Shown here one piece after another: positions 26,855 through 36,233 of a stretch of DNA of 64,000 nucleotides; within the stretch, counting starts at the first letter, position 1, and each line of letters opens with the position of its first letter. The stretch spans positions 1-64,000 of IMG/VR virus record IMGVR_UViG_3300045974_000283; one strand, 5' to 3'. A model generated the notes under the pieces. It saw only the letters and a list, made by a program, of their open reading frames with translations. It had not been told where the DNA came from and ran no database searches. Origin of the DNA: a virus. Made by a program: the position numbers and the translations under genes.

Positions 26855-27155
26855 ACGAAAGCGCCTCTTCGTCTGTTTGGCCTGCGGAAAGATGTCGAAC
26901 GACTTAGACGGCGAGGACCCCATCAGCAACGGATGGGATGAAAGCTGTATGCTCAACGCGGCCCTCGTCTACCAAGACAGTATCAACATTGAGAACGGCC
27001 GAGTCCTATCGCTGACCAGAGGCGACGCCATCATCACGCCTCCTCTGCCACCACAGCAGATGCCCACCTTCGAAGAGATGCTGGCCGAACCCGTAGACCC
27101 TGAGCTCCTGGCTCTCTGCCAGGAAGTAATCGACTTCCGATCCCTCAACCCCTGA
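26838..27155 (+). CDS. hypothetical protein
   Basis: AAGGAG RBS; CLACG...WDESC motif. Confidence 0.7.
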   Translation: MTTPSERKRLFVCLACGKMSNDLDGEDPISNGWDESCMLNAALVYQDSINIENGRVLSLTRGDAIITPPLPPQQMPTFEEMLAEPVDPELLALCQEVIDFRSLNP

Positions 27156-27180
27156 CCCTCAACTTCACTACGTCACCCTC

Positions 27181-27756
27181 ATGTTAACATCACCCTCACC
27201 AGCGTTCCAAGAACGCGTCAAGGCCGCTGTCTCACAGAAGATGGCGGGCTTGCTCACCGACGAGGAAATCGAAGTCCTTATCCGGGCCGAGATCCATGCG
27301 TTCTTCGATTCGGCCAACGACTTCGAGTTGATTCGCATCAACGGCAGCTACGGCTCCAGCGACCAGTGGAAGCTGAAGTCGCAGGTCTCGCCGTTCCGAG
27401 CCCTCGTATGGCACAAGCTCTCTGTTCTGGTTCAGCCTATGATCGACGCCTCGCTGAGCGGCCCTATTCTCAAGGCCCAGATCGAGCACTGGATGGAAGA
27501 CCCCTTGGTGACGGACGACGTCGGCAACCGCACTCGTCATCTGGCACTGGAGATGTCACGTCAGATGTTCCTGAACGTCTACAAGGCAGCGGCGGGCGAC
27601 GCCGTGAACCAAGTGCGAAGCGCCTTCCAACAGTGGAATCCGTCATCGCCTCTTAGCCAGGAGATGATCAACGCCACCGCCAGAATGAGCGGGCTCGGCC
27701 CTTGGATGTCACATCCGGACGGCCCTGAGGTCGGCTGGGACAGGAGCACGAAATGA
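27181..27756 (+). CDS. hypothetical protein
   Basis: 191-aa helical ORF. Confidence 0.7.
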   Translation: MLTSPSPAFQERVKAAVSQKMAGLLTDEEIEVLIRAEIHAFFDSANDFELIRINGSYGSSDQWKLKSQVSPFRALVWHKLSVLVQPMIDASLSGPILKAQIEHWMEDPLVTDDVGNRTRHLALEMSRQMFLNVYKAAAGDAVNQVRSAFQQWNPSSPLSQEMINATARMSGLGPWMSHPDGPEVGWDRSTK

Positions 27757-27947
27757 CCATCATCAAAATATACGTCCTGATCATGATCTTCGGCGGTGCT
27801 TCCTCGCAGAGCGGCTATGCCACCATTCAGCAAGAGTTCAACACGATGGAGCGTTGCGAGAGCGCCAGGAAGTTTCTTGCTCAGCGGCACGAGAAGGACA
27901 CCGGCAACACTTTCACGCTTCAAGCTCAGGGGTGTTTTGAGAAATGA
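27753..27947 (+). CDS. small exported/membrane protein
   Basis: Hydrophobic N-terminus, two Cys, ATGA overlaps at both ends. Confidence 0.65.
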   Translation: MTIIKIYVLIMIFGGASSQSGYATIQQEFNTMERCESARKFLAQRHEKDTGNTFTLQAQGCFEK

Positions 27948-28417
27948 CCAAAATCTACTGTGCGGGTTTCATGTTCATGCCGAGGGCGCTCGGTCATGAC
28001 AATTCAACGCGGGTGATTCTCATTGAGAAAAACCGCCCCGATTGGCAGAAGGGAAAGCTCAACGCTGTCGGTGGGCGCTTGGACGAAGGCGAGACACCTG
28101 CTCAAGCGATGGTTCGGGAGTTCAACGAGGAGACAGGCATCGTCACCGTTGAGAGTCACTGGCGTGAGTTCTGCCTGCTCGACCATCGGTCGGCGGATGG
28201 CCTCGTTCACTTCTTCTCGGCGCACTGGAGGTCTGAGATGGGATTTGCTCGGTCGATGACCGACGAGAACATCCATGTGGTGGACATCAAGAAGCCCAAG
28301 CACGGCGACCCCGAGTGGATGCGGAACCTGGACTGGCTCATTCCAATGGCGCTGGACACCAGCGAAGTGGTCGCCAACGTCGTGGACATGAGTGTTCCCT
28401 TGAGGGCTCCAGTATGA
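27944..28417 (+). CDS. Nudix hydrolase
   Basis: Nudix box GGRLDEGETPAQAMVREFNEETG. Confidence 0.93.
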   Translation: MTKIYCAGFMFMPRALGHDNSTRVILIEKNRPDWQKGKLNAVGGRLDEGETPAQAMVREFNEETGIVTVESHWREFCLLDHRSADGLVHFFSAHWRSEMGFARSMTDENIHVVDIKKPKHGDPEWMRNLDWLIPMALDTSEVVANVVDMSVPLRAPV

Positions 28418-28785
28418 GCAGCAATCGCAAGCGCGCTTCCCAGCGCAAAGCCATCGCCGAGCGTGACCACCTGAGGAGCGAGATTGGCTTCGGCCAGTTC
28501 CAGAATCACGCCCTGAGCCTGATGATCGAGAAGTTCAACGAGCAGACCAAGAACCTCGCGAACTGGCAGGACAAGGCGGCTGAGTTTGCCAGTGAAGTTA
28601 TCACGATCACGTCTCGCGTCGGCAGTAGTTTCCCACCGACGGCGGAAGAGTGGACTGAAATTGCGAGGGAAGCTCAGTCTTTGCTGGACTTGAAAATATC
28701 CCCCAAAACAGTCGATTTACGCGACGCCCGTGCAAACCCTGCGGAGCCCGGAAAACCTCAAGTTTTGCCCGTCAAAATTGATTGA
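28414..28785 (+). CDS. hypothetical protein
   Basis: ATGA overlap; last gene of the + arm. Confidence 0.65.
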   Translation: MSSNRKRASQRKAIAERDHLRSEIGFGQFQNHALSLMIEKFNEQTKNLANWQDKAAEFASEVITITSRVGSSFPPTAEEWTEIAREAQSLLDLKISPKTVDLRDARANPAEPGKPQVLPVKID

Positions 28786-28830
28786 CAGGATGGGTATTTT
28801 GCCCTAACTTTGCTGCCGAAGCTCCAATAG

Positions 28831-28867
28831 AAAAGCCCCTACAGGTTCATCACCTGTAGGGGCTTTT
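28831..28867. terminator. bidirectional rho-independent terminator
   Basis: AAAAGCCCCTACAGGT-TCATC-ACCTGTAGGGGCTTTT between convergent gene arms. Confidence 0.9.
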
Positions 28868-28888
28868 GACGTTTGAGCGACAGAGTGG

Positions 28889-29464
28889 TCAGGTTCCGAA
28901 TGTGGTCTTGACCTTGGTGCCGTTCCAGTACCATCCGGAATAACTCTGACGGAGCGCCGGGCCGTTCTTCCGAGCTTGAGAGCAGATGCCGTTGTCCGAT
29001 ATCCACTGGAAGAACTCAGGGCTCAGGTGCCGGGCGCGTAATCCCGCGAAGGTCATCTGCACCGGGACGCACTCCTGGCCCTGAAGTAGGACGCAGGCTG
29101 TCGTGCGAGCGCGACCCTCGTGGTCGTTCACCCAGACGCGACCGGGACTGGCGGGTTCGCCTTCCATGTCCAACTGAAGGAACGGAGCGGCGATGGCCTG
29201 ACCCTCTTTCATGAGAGCAAGGATTTCCTTGGCGTCACTCATACGGTCTTCAGGGAACGCCAGATCGAGGAAGTGACGCGGACGCATCCAGCATACCGCG
29301 CCACCGTACTCGATGTTCTGCCCCATAGGCGTGTTGCCAAGACCCTTCTCGTTGTCGAACAGAATCTTCCCGTAGCGGAACCGACTGTCCATGTTGTTCG
29401 GTGCCGGGTTCGGGTAGGTCGAGGCGTCAGCGTCGCTGCGGACGCGGTGGACTTGTAGGCTCAT
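28889..29464 (-). CDS. ParB/Srx-like domain protein
   Basis: MRPRHFLDLA...PFLQLD...VNDHEGRAR resembles the ParB-N xxDGxHR core. Confidence 0.5.
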   Translation of the reverse strand: MSLQVHRVRSDADASTYPNPAPNNMDSRFRYGKILFDNEKGLGNTPMGQNIEYGGAVCWMRPRHFLDLAFPEDRMSDAKEILALMKEGQAIAAPFLQLDMEGEPASPGRVWVNDHEGRARTTACVLLQGQECVPVQMTFAGLRARHLSPEFFQWISDNGICSQARKNGPALRQSYSGWYWNGTKVKTTFGT

Positions 29465-29466
29465 GG

Positions 29467-30213
29467 TCAGTCCCTGAAAACGTAGGCAATGTTCACCTTG
29501 ATGCCATGCGGATGGAACAGGATGACTTCCTTCTCGTCGCTGAACGTCTGCAAGTTGGATTCCAACTGATCGAGGGCGTCACGCGCTTTGAGCAGGAAGT
29601 GGCTCTTCTGACAGGCTTTCGCTCGTGGCGCTCGTGCAAGAAACGCGACCAGTTCTTTGTGGACGTACTCCAGCACCTTGGCAGATTCGGGCGCCCAGAT
29701 AACCTTCCCAGCGAAGTCTTTCGTGGCGAGCAGGATGTCGGTGAAGTTCTTCCCGTCCAGGTCGGTCTCGGTCTCGAAGTGGTCGCGGACCTGCGCTCGC
29801 CGTGCGAAGCTGTACTTCTTGGCGTCCACGGCCGAGGTCGTCCAGCTAGACCACCCCGGATGAGACTGATGGTCCCAGAGGTAAACCTGAGGAGACCAGC
29901 CCACCTCAGCGCCGTTGGTCTGCGCGAGTTCCGAACGGTAGATCTCGGGCTTGCGAAGGGTTGTCTTCGCCAGTTCGTTCGTGATGAGCGCTGCAAACTT
30001 GAGCGCCTTCATACGGGTGGACGAAGTAGGGGTGGACCTGGAGGTGACAGGCCATGCCGCTTGGTCGCTCAGGTCAATGCGACTGGATTCAACTTCGCTG
30101 AGGTGGCGGTCGAAGGCTTGCAGCCCCCAGATGAACTTGAGGGTCTCGTTCGGGTCGTTCACCCACGACCAGAAGAGCTCCTCCACTTTGTAGTTGTTGA
30201 TCTTGACTGCCAT
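29467..30213 (-). CDS. hypothetical protein
   Basis: 248-aa ORF, tightly packed. Confidence 0.7.
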   Translation of the reverse strand: MAVKINNYKVEELFWSWVNDPNETLKFIWGLQAFDRHLSEVESSRIDLSDQAAWPVTSRSTPTSSTRMKALKFAALITNELAKTTLRKPEIYRSELAQTNGAEVGWSPQVYLWDHQSHPGWSSWTTSAVDAKKYSFARRAQVRDHFETETDLDGKNFTDILLATKDFAGKVIWAPESAKVLEYVHKELVAFLARAPRAKACQKSHFLLKARDALDQLESNLQTFSDEKEVILFHPHGIKVNIAYVFRD

Positions 30214-30220
30214 AGGTCAC

Positions 30221-30595
30221 CTAGAAGATAGCGACAACGAGAACTTCGTCATCACCGTAGCCGTTGAAATTTGACAGCGCGCCCTTGACCATCGGCATCA
30301 CGTGGCCCTTGACGAAGACGAGGCCCGTGAGCTTGGTCGTGCCAGAATACTGACGAGCCGTCATACCCTTAGCGGCCTTGGTCGCGCTCAGGTCGAAAGG
30401 CTTGCCTGTGATGGCGACAGCGATGTGGATGGTATCCGCCACGGAAAGGCCGAAGGTGACCCCGTCCCATCCGAAGCTCCGAGCGACGTCGGTGATGCGC
30501 TTCTCCGGGACACGAAGGGTCTTCTCCAGGGCCACGATCCAGCACGAGCGCTCCCAGTCAGGAGCGCTGGCTGCGCGGTGAACGACGAGGCTCAT
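30221..30595 (-). CDS. hypothetical protein
   Basis: ATGA overlap with the topoisomerase stop. Confidence 0.7.
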   Translation of the reverse strand: MSLVVHRAASAPDWERSCWIVALEKTLRVPEKRITDVARSFGWDGVTFGLSVADTIHIAVAITGKPFDLSATKAAKGMTARQYSGTTKLTGLVFVKGHVMPMVKGALSNFNGYGDDEVLVVAIF

Positions 30596-32778
30596 GATGG
30601 AGCATTGAGCTTTGGGTTGGTAGCGACGATGGCAACAAGGGCGGCATCAATCTCAGAATCGTTGAGATAACGATACAGAAACTGTGTGTTGAACTTGCTT
30701 GCAGCCATCAAGTCCCAACGAAACCTCTTATCAGAGAGACCCCGAAGAGCGTACCGTTCCTTGATACCTGGATTGAGGTTCACAACGCGACGAATCGCGA
30801 TCTCCAAAGCCTCATAGTCAGATCGAGTCATGCTCGATCGAGCCGTCCAGCCGATGCCCGGAGTGGTCGCGGAGGCCCATTGCATTGTCTGCTGGAAGCC
30901 CTCCTTGAGGATGTGCAGCAAAGTCTCACCAGCGGGTAAAGGTTCCACGTCATCCACCTCTTCTTCAGTTGGGAGCTCTTCTTCAGGCTCCGGGGTTTTC
31001 TCTTCGGGCTCGTCTTCCTTTTCGGGTTCGACAGGCTCCTCGGGTTCTGTATCTTCCTCAGCTTCGGGATCCTCTTCGGCTTCTTCGGCCTCGACCTTCT
31101 CCTTCTTGGGTTTGCGCTTGGCCGACGCGACGTATCCGCTCTGCTCGTAGGAACCACCGCCCTCGTCTTCGGCCATGATGGCTTCCAGATACTTGGGGAT
31201 CGGAGCTCCGTAGTGCTGGAAGAAGTCCACCTGCGCGTTCGGGTCGACGTAGTTCTTCAGCGAGGTCATCGGCTGGACAACGTCCGGACCTTCAGCAGAG
31301 CGGCGAACGTGGTTGAGCACCTTGCCAATGACACCGCCCGCCTTCTTGACCATCTCGTTGACCTGCACGGGCGTCAGGGTCGGATACTTGGCGTAGACCT
31401 TGGCGATGTACTCCTTGAAGAGCTTCGTGCCCTTGGCCGTGCGCAGCTTGTGAACGGTGAGGTCTGGGTTGCCTGTGAGCGACTTGAACAGACGCGTGAC
31501 TACCGAAGCCTGCACAATCTTCTTGGAGCCGTTCGCCAGATCGTAGGTGAACAGTGGATCACGAGGGCTCTTGCCCGCTGCCAGACTGGCGACTTTCTCG
31601 CAGACCATCGCCGCGAGCGCATCGTCGGAGCGCTTGATGTTGGCAACCGTCTTGACGCTGTCCTTGCCCAAGTAGATGAACCTGATGGAGCCGTCGGACT
31701 GGAGATAGAAGTGACCGGTCAGCAGTGAGGCGATACCGAAGCCGCCCGCTTTGGGGTCAGAGATGACCTTGGAGCCCACGCGATTGGAAGTCCGGTACAG
31801 GATCTCCAGGATCAGTGCTGCCACGTTGTCAGGCTTCGCGTCGTAGGGGTCGAGGGCCTTGATCAGCGGAATCCACTTCTTGCGAGTTGCCTCAGCGTCG
31901 AAGGTTGCCACCTTGGCGAACTTGTCCTTGTTCTGGGACTTGCGGAGGCCTTCCGTGTAGGCGTAGTTCCCCGCAGAGCCGTCCGGCCGCTGGGACATGA
32001 AGACCCAATTCGTGCCGTCGTACTCGGGGTTCATTTTGATGACTGGGAACATGGCCTTGGAGGGCAGGCCTCCAAGGATCTTCTCGTTCTTCATCGTGTA
32101 GACCGCGCCGTTCGCGTCGACGCGACCGATGAAACCCGTGGGTAGGTCAGTCACAATGCCGTGCGACTTCAGATGATCCAACACCTCCTGCAACGGGACG
32201 GTCGTCTCGTCCTGATTGCGGATGTAGTTGTTCATCGGCCCCTTCCAGGAATCGACGAACCTCTTCCGCAGTTGCAGGTACTCCGAGTAGATCAGCGGGT
32301 TGGACTCCTTCGCGGCCTTGCGCTCGTCAAGGGTAAGCTCGATACCGTCACCGCCGAGCTTCTTCACCACCGACTTGAGGGTCGTGGTGACGGCCTTCTG
32401 AGAAACGACGGGCTTCTCGAAGTAGCCCCGAATGAAGTCGTCGTCCATGTCCGCCGTCAACTTCTCAATCACCTTGAGGGCGTTCGGCGAGGAGGTACGG
32501 AAGAAGGTCGCGTAGTTCTTCATCCAGAGCACAGGGGTGGCCCGTGCGCCGGGTGACTTGGCGTAGGCTTCCGCGTAGCGCCTCACGCCAGCAGACAGCG
32601 CACCCCAATCAAACTCCTTGCCCTTGTCGTACGCGTCGAAAGCGCCCTTCAGTTCTGGAATCTTCCCCAGAACCTTGGCACGATTGGCAGGCGACATGAC
32701 ATCTGCGAGTTCCTTGATGGGATGTTTCCCATTGAGGTAGCAGATGACGATCGCCGTCAGGATTTGGATGAGTTCCAC
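30592..32778 (-). CDS. DNA topoisomerase IB with N-terminal extension and acidic C-tail
   Basis: Catalytic pentad in order: NRVGS (R), YLGKDS (K), HKLRT (R), LNH (H), KNYVDP (Tyr510). GTG start. Confidence 0.88.
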   Translation of the reverse strand: MELIQILTAIVICYLNGKHPIKELADVMSPANRAKVLGKIPELKGAFDAYDKGKEFDWGALSAGVRRYAEAYAKSPGARATPVLWMKNYATFFRTSSPNALKVIEKLTADMDDDFIRGYFEKPVVSQKAVTTTLKSVVKKLGGDGIELTLDERKAAKESNPLIYSEYLQLRKRFVDSWKGPMNNYIRNQDETTVPLQEVLDHLKSHGIVTDLPTGFIGRVDANGAVYTMKNEKILGGLPSKAMFPVIKMNPEYDGTNWVFMSQRPDGSAGNYAYTEGLRKSQNKDKFAKVATFDAEATRKKWIPLIKALDPYDAKPDNVAALILEILYRTSNRVGSKVISDPKAGGFGIASLLTGHFYLQSDGSIRFIYLGKDSVKTVANIKRSDDALAAMVCEKVASLAAGKSPRDPLFTYDLANGSKKIVQASVVTRLFKSLTGNPDLTVHKLRTAKGTKLFKEYIAKVYAKYPTLTPVQVNEMVKKAGGVIGKVLNHVRRSAEGPDVVQPMTSLKNYVDPNAQVDFFQHYGAPIPKYLEAIMAEDEGGGSYEQSGYVASAKRKPKKEKVEAEEAEEDPEAEEDTEPEEPVEPEKEDEPEEKTPEPEEELPTEEEVDDVEPLPAGETLLHILKEGFQQTMQWASATTPGIGWTARSSMTRSDYEALEIAIRRVVNLNPGIKERYALRGLSDKRFRWDLMAASKFNTQFLYRYLNDSEIDAALVAIVATNPKLNAPS

Positions 32779-32804
32779 AAGTAGCCCCTAGTTTCATAGA
32801 CCCC

Positions 32805-32815
32805 TAAAATTGCCC
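32805..32815 (-). promoter_or_regulatory. candidate late-promoter motif GGGCAATTTTA
   Basis: Identical 11-mer at 59130-59140; both are intergenic, about 25 nt upstream of a start codon. Confidence 0.4.
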
Positions 32816-32822
32816 TGAGCGA

Positions 32823-35396
32823 TCAGGCCGTGCGCTTCCACTTGGAGACGACCGTGTACGGAGGCAGATTGTTGTGAGCGCCGCCACCGCCCGTCGTGGT
32901 CATCGTGTCGAAGTAGAGATAGGCATTGTTGTCAGGGTCAGTGGAGTGCGAGCCGACGTTTCCGTTGTAGCCTGTTGGAGGAGCGCCTGGATCTCCTTGA
33001 AGTTCCTTGTAGGTTGCAGTCGCCTCAGCACTCGCAGCCTCAGGGTAGTATCGGTCACGCACACCAAGCGCTGGAACTTCAGCGGCCGTCAACGTGTGAG
33101 TCTTCTCGCCACCAGTGACGCCGACCGTATCGAAGTCCGGATCGCTGGCATCCTTGCCGATGTACATACGACCGACCGCCGTGCGAACCCAAGTCGTGCC
33201 TGCGTAGTCTGCATTAGGATCGCTGTCATCTTCACGGATGATGACCGTGCCCACCTTGTAGACGATGTCGATGATCACCGAGGTCAGACTGGCACCGAGT
33301 CCGTCGAACGCCGTCTTTGCCATTGATACACCGTCGAAGGTGTAGTGATACGGACTGCGAGCGAAGACATAGCACATGGAACCAGCGGCAAGCGTGAAAC
33401 TCCCACCCGAACCATCGAAGTTGTTCGTGAAGAGCACACCGGAACCCGGGATGACGTTCGCATCTGCGCTTCCAGAATTCTGCAGCCAGAAGTATTCGCC
33501 TTCTCGAAAGATCCCACCCGGAATCGTGAAGGGGCCTTGCGCCCTCACCTGACGACCCGAAGCCGAGGCGTTGATCGTGTAGGTAGTATCCGAACCCGAG
33601 CCGAGCGGTGGGAACCGACGAACAGCGGCCTTGTCGTAGTAGGCCGCATCCGGGTTGTAAGACGGGTCGTAGATGTTCTGGGAACCGTTGACGTAGTTAT
33701 CACCCGAGAAGACAGCGTGGTTGCCACCGGGGCCACCGTCAAAGACCAGAACCGTCGTGCTTGTTGTCAGCCATGCCGCAGTGCGCGCCAGTGTGGCGAC
33801 GCCCGTAGCGATGTTGATAGACGCGATCGGAACGATCTGCCCGGTCGAAGGCAGCATCAGCATGTAGCGATAGGCCGGACCGTTGTGAGCCAGATCGCGG
33901 TTGTAGTCGTAGAACCGCGAAGACGTCACCAGCAGACCGGAGCGCGCTGAGGGCGTGAGCTGACCGACTTCGCGATAACCCTGAAGGCTCCAACGACCCG
34001 CCGCTGTATCACGAGTGAGCAAGATCGTCCGGTCTGACGCCGACTGAGGAGTTTTGTCCTGCACCAGGATGGCGTTGACCTTGCCGCCGTGGTCGTTGGG
34101 AAGGCGGACGAGGTCTGGGTTGAAGAAGATCGGGATACACGGGCCGACCGAGTTCGGGAACGCTTCCGGCTCGTAGATTTGGAAGGCGTCTCCGGAAGCC
34201 AGATCGCTGATTGGGTCTTGCAGCGCACAGGAACCCGTCTGGTCCGCTGTGACCATCGACATCGCACCGTCGGAGGCGCGCTGGATCAAGAAGCGGTTGG
34301 ACCCTATCGAACCGATCACGGCCAAAGGACTGCCCGCAGGAACCACCAGCGTCGTGGAGTTGGAACCCGTCTGCGCGGTGACGCCGTAGCGATGCGTCCA
34401 GCCTTCCGGGGTCCACTCTCCAGCGCTGAGCTTCTTCAGCATGATCACCGAGTCTTCGTAGGCATTCAAGATGGACGCCGTGCGAGCGTAGAGAACATTG
34501 CAGTTGAAGCCCATCTTGCCCGGAGCACGAACAAGGCTCATGTCCACGACAGGGATGTTCGTGTCGTAGTCGTCGCCCCGGAATTCGTACAGGCGGAAGG
34601 TCGCGCCCGCAGTCATCCAAGCGCAGGCGTAGGACAGGGTCGCAGTGCCGTCGCCGTTCGACGTAGCCGTGACGATCTTGCCCGTGACGTCTTGCAGGAG
34701 GTACAGGTAGGGGCGCGACGTAGCGATCGGGTCACGCCAGAGGTTCGCATCTGTGGCGTTCGCAAGCGTCGTGGTCGCACCGGTGTTCACCGTGTAGGCA
34801 CCGCGATAGAGGTAGTCCGTGGGCGTCCACTGCGTTGCGCTCTCGCGCTTCAGGGCGATCGTGGACGTACCCGACGAGGGCGCGTTCGGAGTCTTCAACC
34901 GGGCGAGCACGAGGTTCGTATCCGCGCCGGTAATATCAGGGCCAAGAACAGCGCTGCCAGCGTAGGTCGGAACGATGGCGCTCAGGGTGGAAGTGAAATC
35001 CAGAACCGCTGCGATGCCTTGCAGTTGCACGAGGCAGTGAAACGTCCACACCGAGCCGACACCTGAGGAGGCGTCGCGCACCTGCTGTTGAAGGGTCGGG
35101 TAGACCCCGCGAGCAAACAGGACGGGGACAACGTCGTTCGTGAACAGGCAGATCTCAGCAAAGTTGAACGGGCCTGCAGACGCGGGGATTTGCACCACGA
35201 TGTCAGCTGTGTTGTCGTCCACGCGAAGGACGGCTGCGACGGTGCCCGTGTAGACGACCGTTCCAATCACGTCGGTATCGCCAGGAGCAGCGGCGGTCGT
35301 GCTCGTCCCGAGTTTGAAATTTCCGAGATGGATAGCCGGGCCACCAGCGGCGACAGTTGCGGCAGCGAGGCCGACGTCAGTTACGATGAAGTTCAT
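32823..35396 (-). CDS. tail fibre / baseplate-anchored fibre
   Basis: N-terminal baseplate-attachment domain (ITDVG-type start, FNFAEICLF), three internal repeats, C-terminal GGEKTHTLTAAE...AHNNLPPYTVVSKWKRTA (gp10/collar-like). Confidence 0.85.
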   Translation of the reverse strand: MNFIVTDVGLAAATVAAGGPAIHLGNFKLGTSTTAAAPGDTDVIGTVVYTGTVAAVLRVDDNTADIVVQIPASAGPFNFAEICLFTNDVVPVLFARGVYPTLQQQVRDASSGVGSVWTFHCLVQLQGIAAVLDFTSTLSAIVPTYAGSAVLGPDITGADTNLVLARLKTPNAPSSGTSTIALKRESATQWTPTDYLYRGAYTVNTGATTTLANATDANLWRDPIATSRPYLYLLQDVTGKIVTATSNGDGTATLSYACAWMTAGATFRLYEFRGDDYDTNIPVVDMSLVRAPGKMGFNCNVLYARTASILNAYEDSVIMLKKLSAGEWTPEGWTHRYGVTAQTGSNSTTLVVPAGSPLAVIGSIGSNRFLIQRASDGAMSMVTADQTGSCALQDPISDLASGDAFQIYEPEAFPNSVGPCIPIFFNPDLVRLPNDHGGKVNAILVQDKTPQSASDRTILLTRDTAAGRWSLQGYREVGQLTPSARSGLLVTSSRFYDYNRDLAHNGPAYRYMLMLPSTGQIVPIASINIATGVATLARTAAWLTTSTTVLVFDGGPGGNHAVFSGDNYVNGSQNIYDPSYNPDAAYYDKAAVRRFPPLGSGSDTTYTINASASGRQVRAQGPFTIPGGIFREGEYFWLQNSGSADANVIPGSGVLFTNNFDGSGGSFTLAAGSMCYVFARSPYHYTFDGVSMAKTAFDGLGASLTSVIIDIVYKVGTVIIREDDSDPNADYAGTTWVRTAVGRMYIGKDASDPDFDTVGVTGGEKTHTLTAAEVPALGVRDRYYPEAASAEATATYKELQGDPGAPPTGYNGNVGSHSTDPDNNAYLYFDTMTTTGGGGAHNNLPPYTVVSKWKRTA

Positions 35397-35405
35397 GAGA
35401 GTTCC

Positions 35406-36233
35406 TTAGATGTACGGGGGACCAGCGTAATACGGAGAGATGACTCGTTCGGTGCGTTCTACGACCATCGCCGTGCTCACCACATAGAGCGGGTCCGGCA
35501 CTAAGCCGACAGGGCCTGTATCGGTGACGTCGTAGGTGAGCTCGCCCATGATCTTGAGCGCGACGGATTCCAGAACGAGGTTGTAGTTGGCAATCGCGTA
35601 GAACAGGCGCACCAGTTCCGGGAGGGTGTTCAGGTCAAACTCACCGAGCACAATGTTGATGCGAACGTGCGTCGTGGGATACCAATCACCGCCATCCCAG
35701 ATAGGGGTCCCGATGCCCTCGTCCTCCTGCAAGAACGTCTTGTAGTCCGTCGTCCACAGACGGTGCATCTTGACGTTCGTGTTCAGCACGAAGTTGATGT
35801 ATTCGATGACGGCATCCAACCCCTTGTGATACCAATACATACCGATCGTCTGAGTCGTCCGGTGGAGTGGGCTGTTCTCAAGAGTGGGCGTGACGTGAAC
35901 CAGCGATGGATCAAGAATCGAGGGGTCTTCGATGCGAACGCCCAAGTGGTTCAAGCGCAGGCGCTCGATGTTCGAATCGAAGACATGGTAGTCGGTTGGG
36001 AGTACGAACTCCCGGTTTACCACCTTGTCAGCCACCAAGCTGAAGTCGAGTGACGATGCCGCCGTCAGATCGTAGTCCGTGATGGAAGTATGACGAATGA
36101 ACTCCAGGGCGTCTAGCGGCTGATGAACCTCCGTGTCGAAGACCGCAGACATGGCGTCAGCCAGATCGAGCCATGCTTGGTTCTGCAGGTAGCTCGGGAG
36201 CAAGAGCTTGTAGTCAGTGCCGGATGACATCAC
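35406..36233 (-). CDS. baseplate wedge subunit (P2 gpI / T4 gp7-like position)
   Basis: Lies between the gpJ-like gene and the fibre; YWYHKGLDAVIEYINFVL...WYPTTHV. Confidence 0.65.
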   Translation of the reverse strand: MMSSGTDYKLLLPSYLQNQAWLDLADAMSAVFDTEVHQPLDALEFIRHTSITDYDLTAASSLDFSLVADKVVNREFVLPTDYHVFDSNIERLRLNHLGVRIEDPSILDPSLVHVTPTLENSPLHRTTQTIGMYWYHKGLDAVIEYINFVLNTNVKMHRLWTTDYKTFLQEDEGIGTPIWDGGDWYPTTHVRINIVLGEFDLNTLPELVRLFYAIANYNLVLESVALKIMGELTYDVTDTGPVGLVPDPLYVVSTAMVVERTERVISPYYAGPPYI

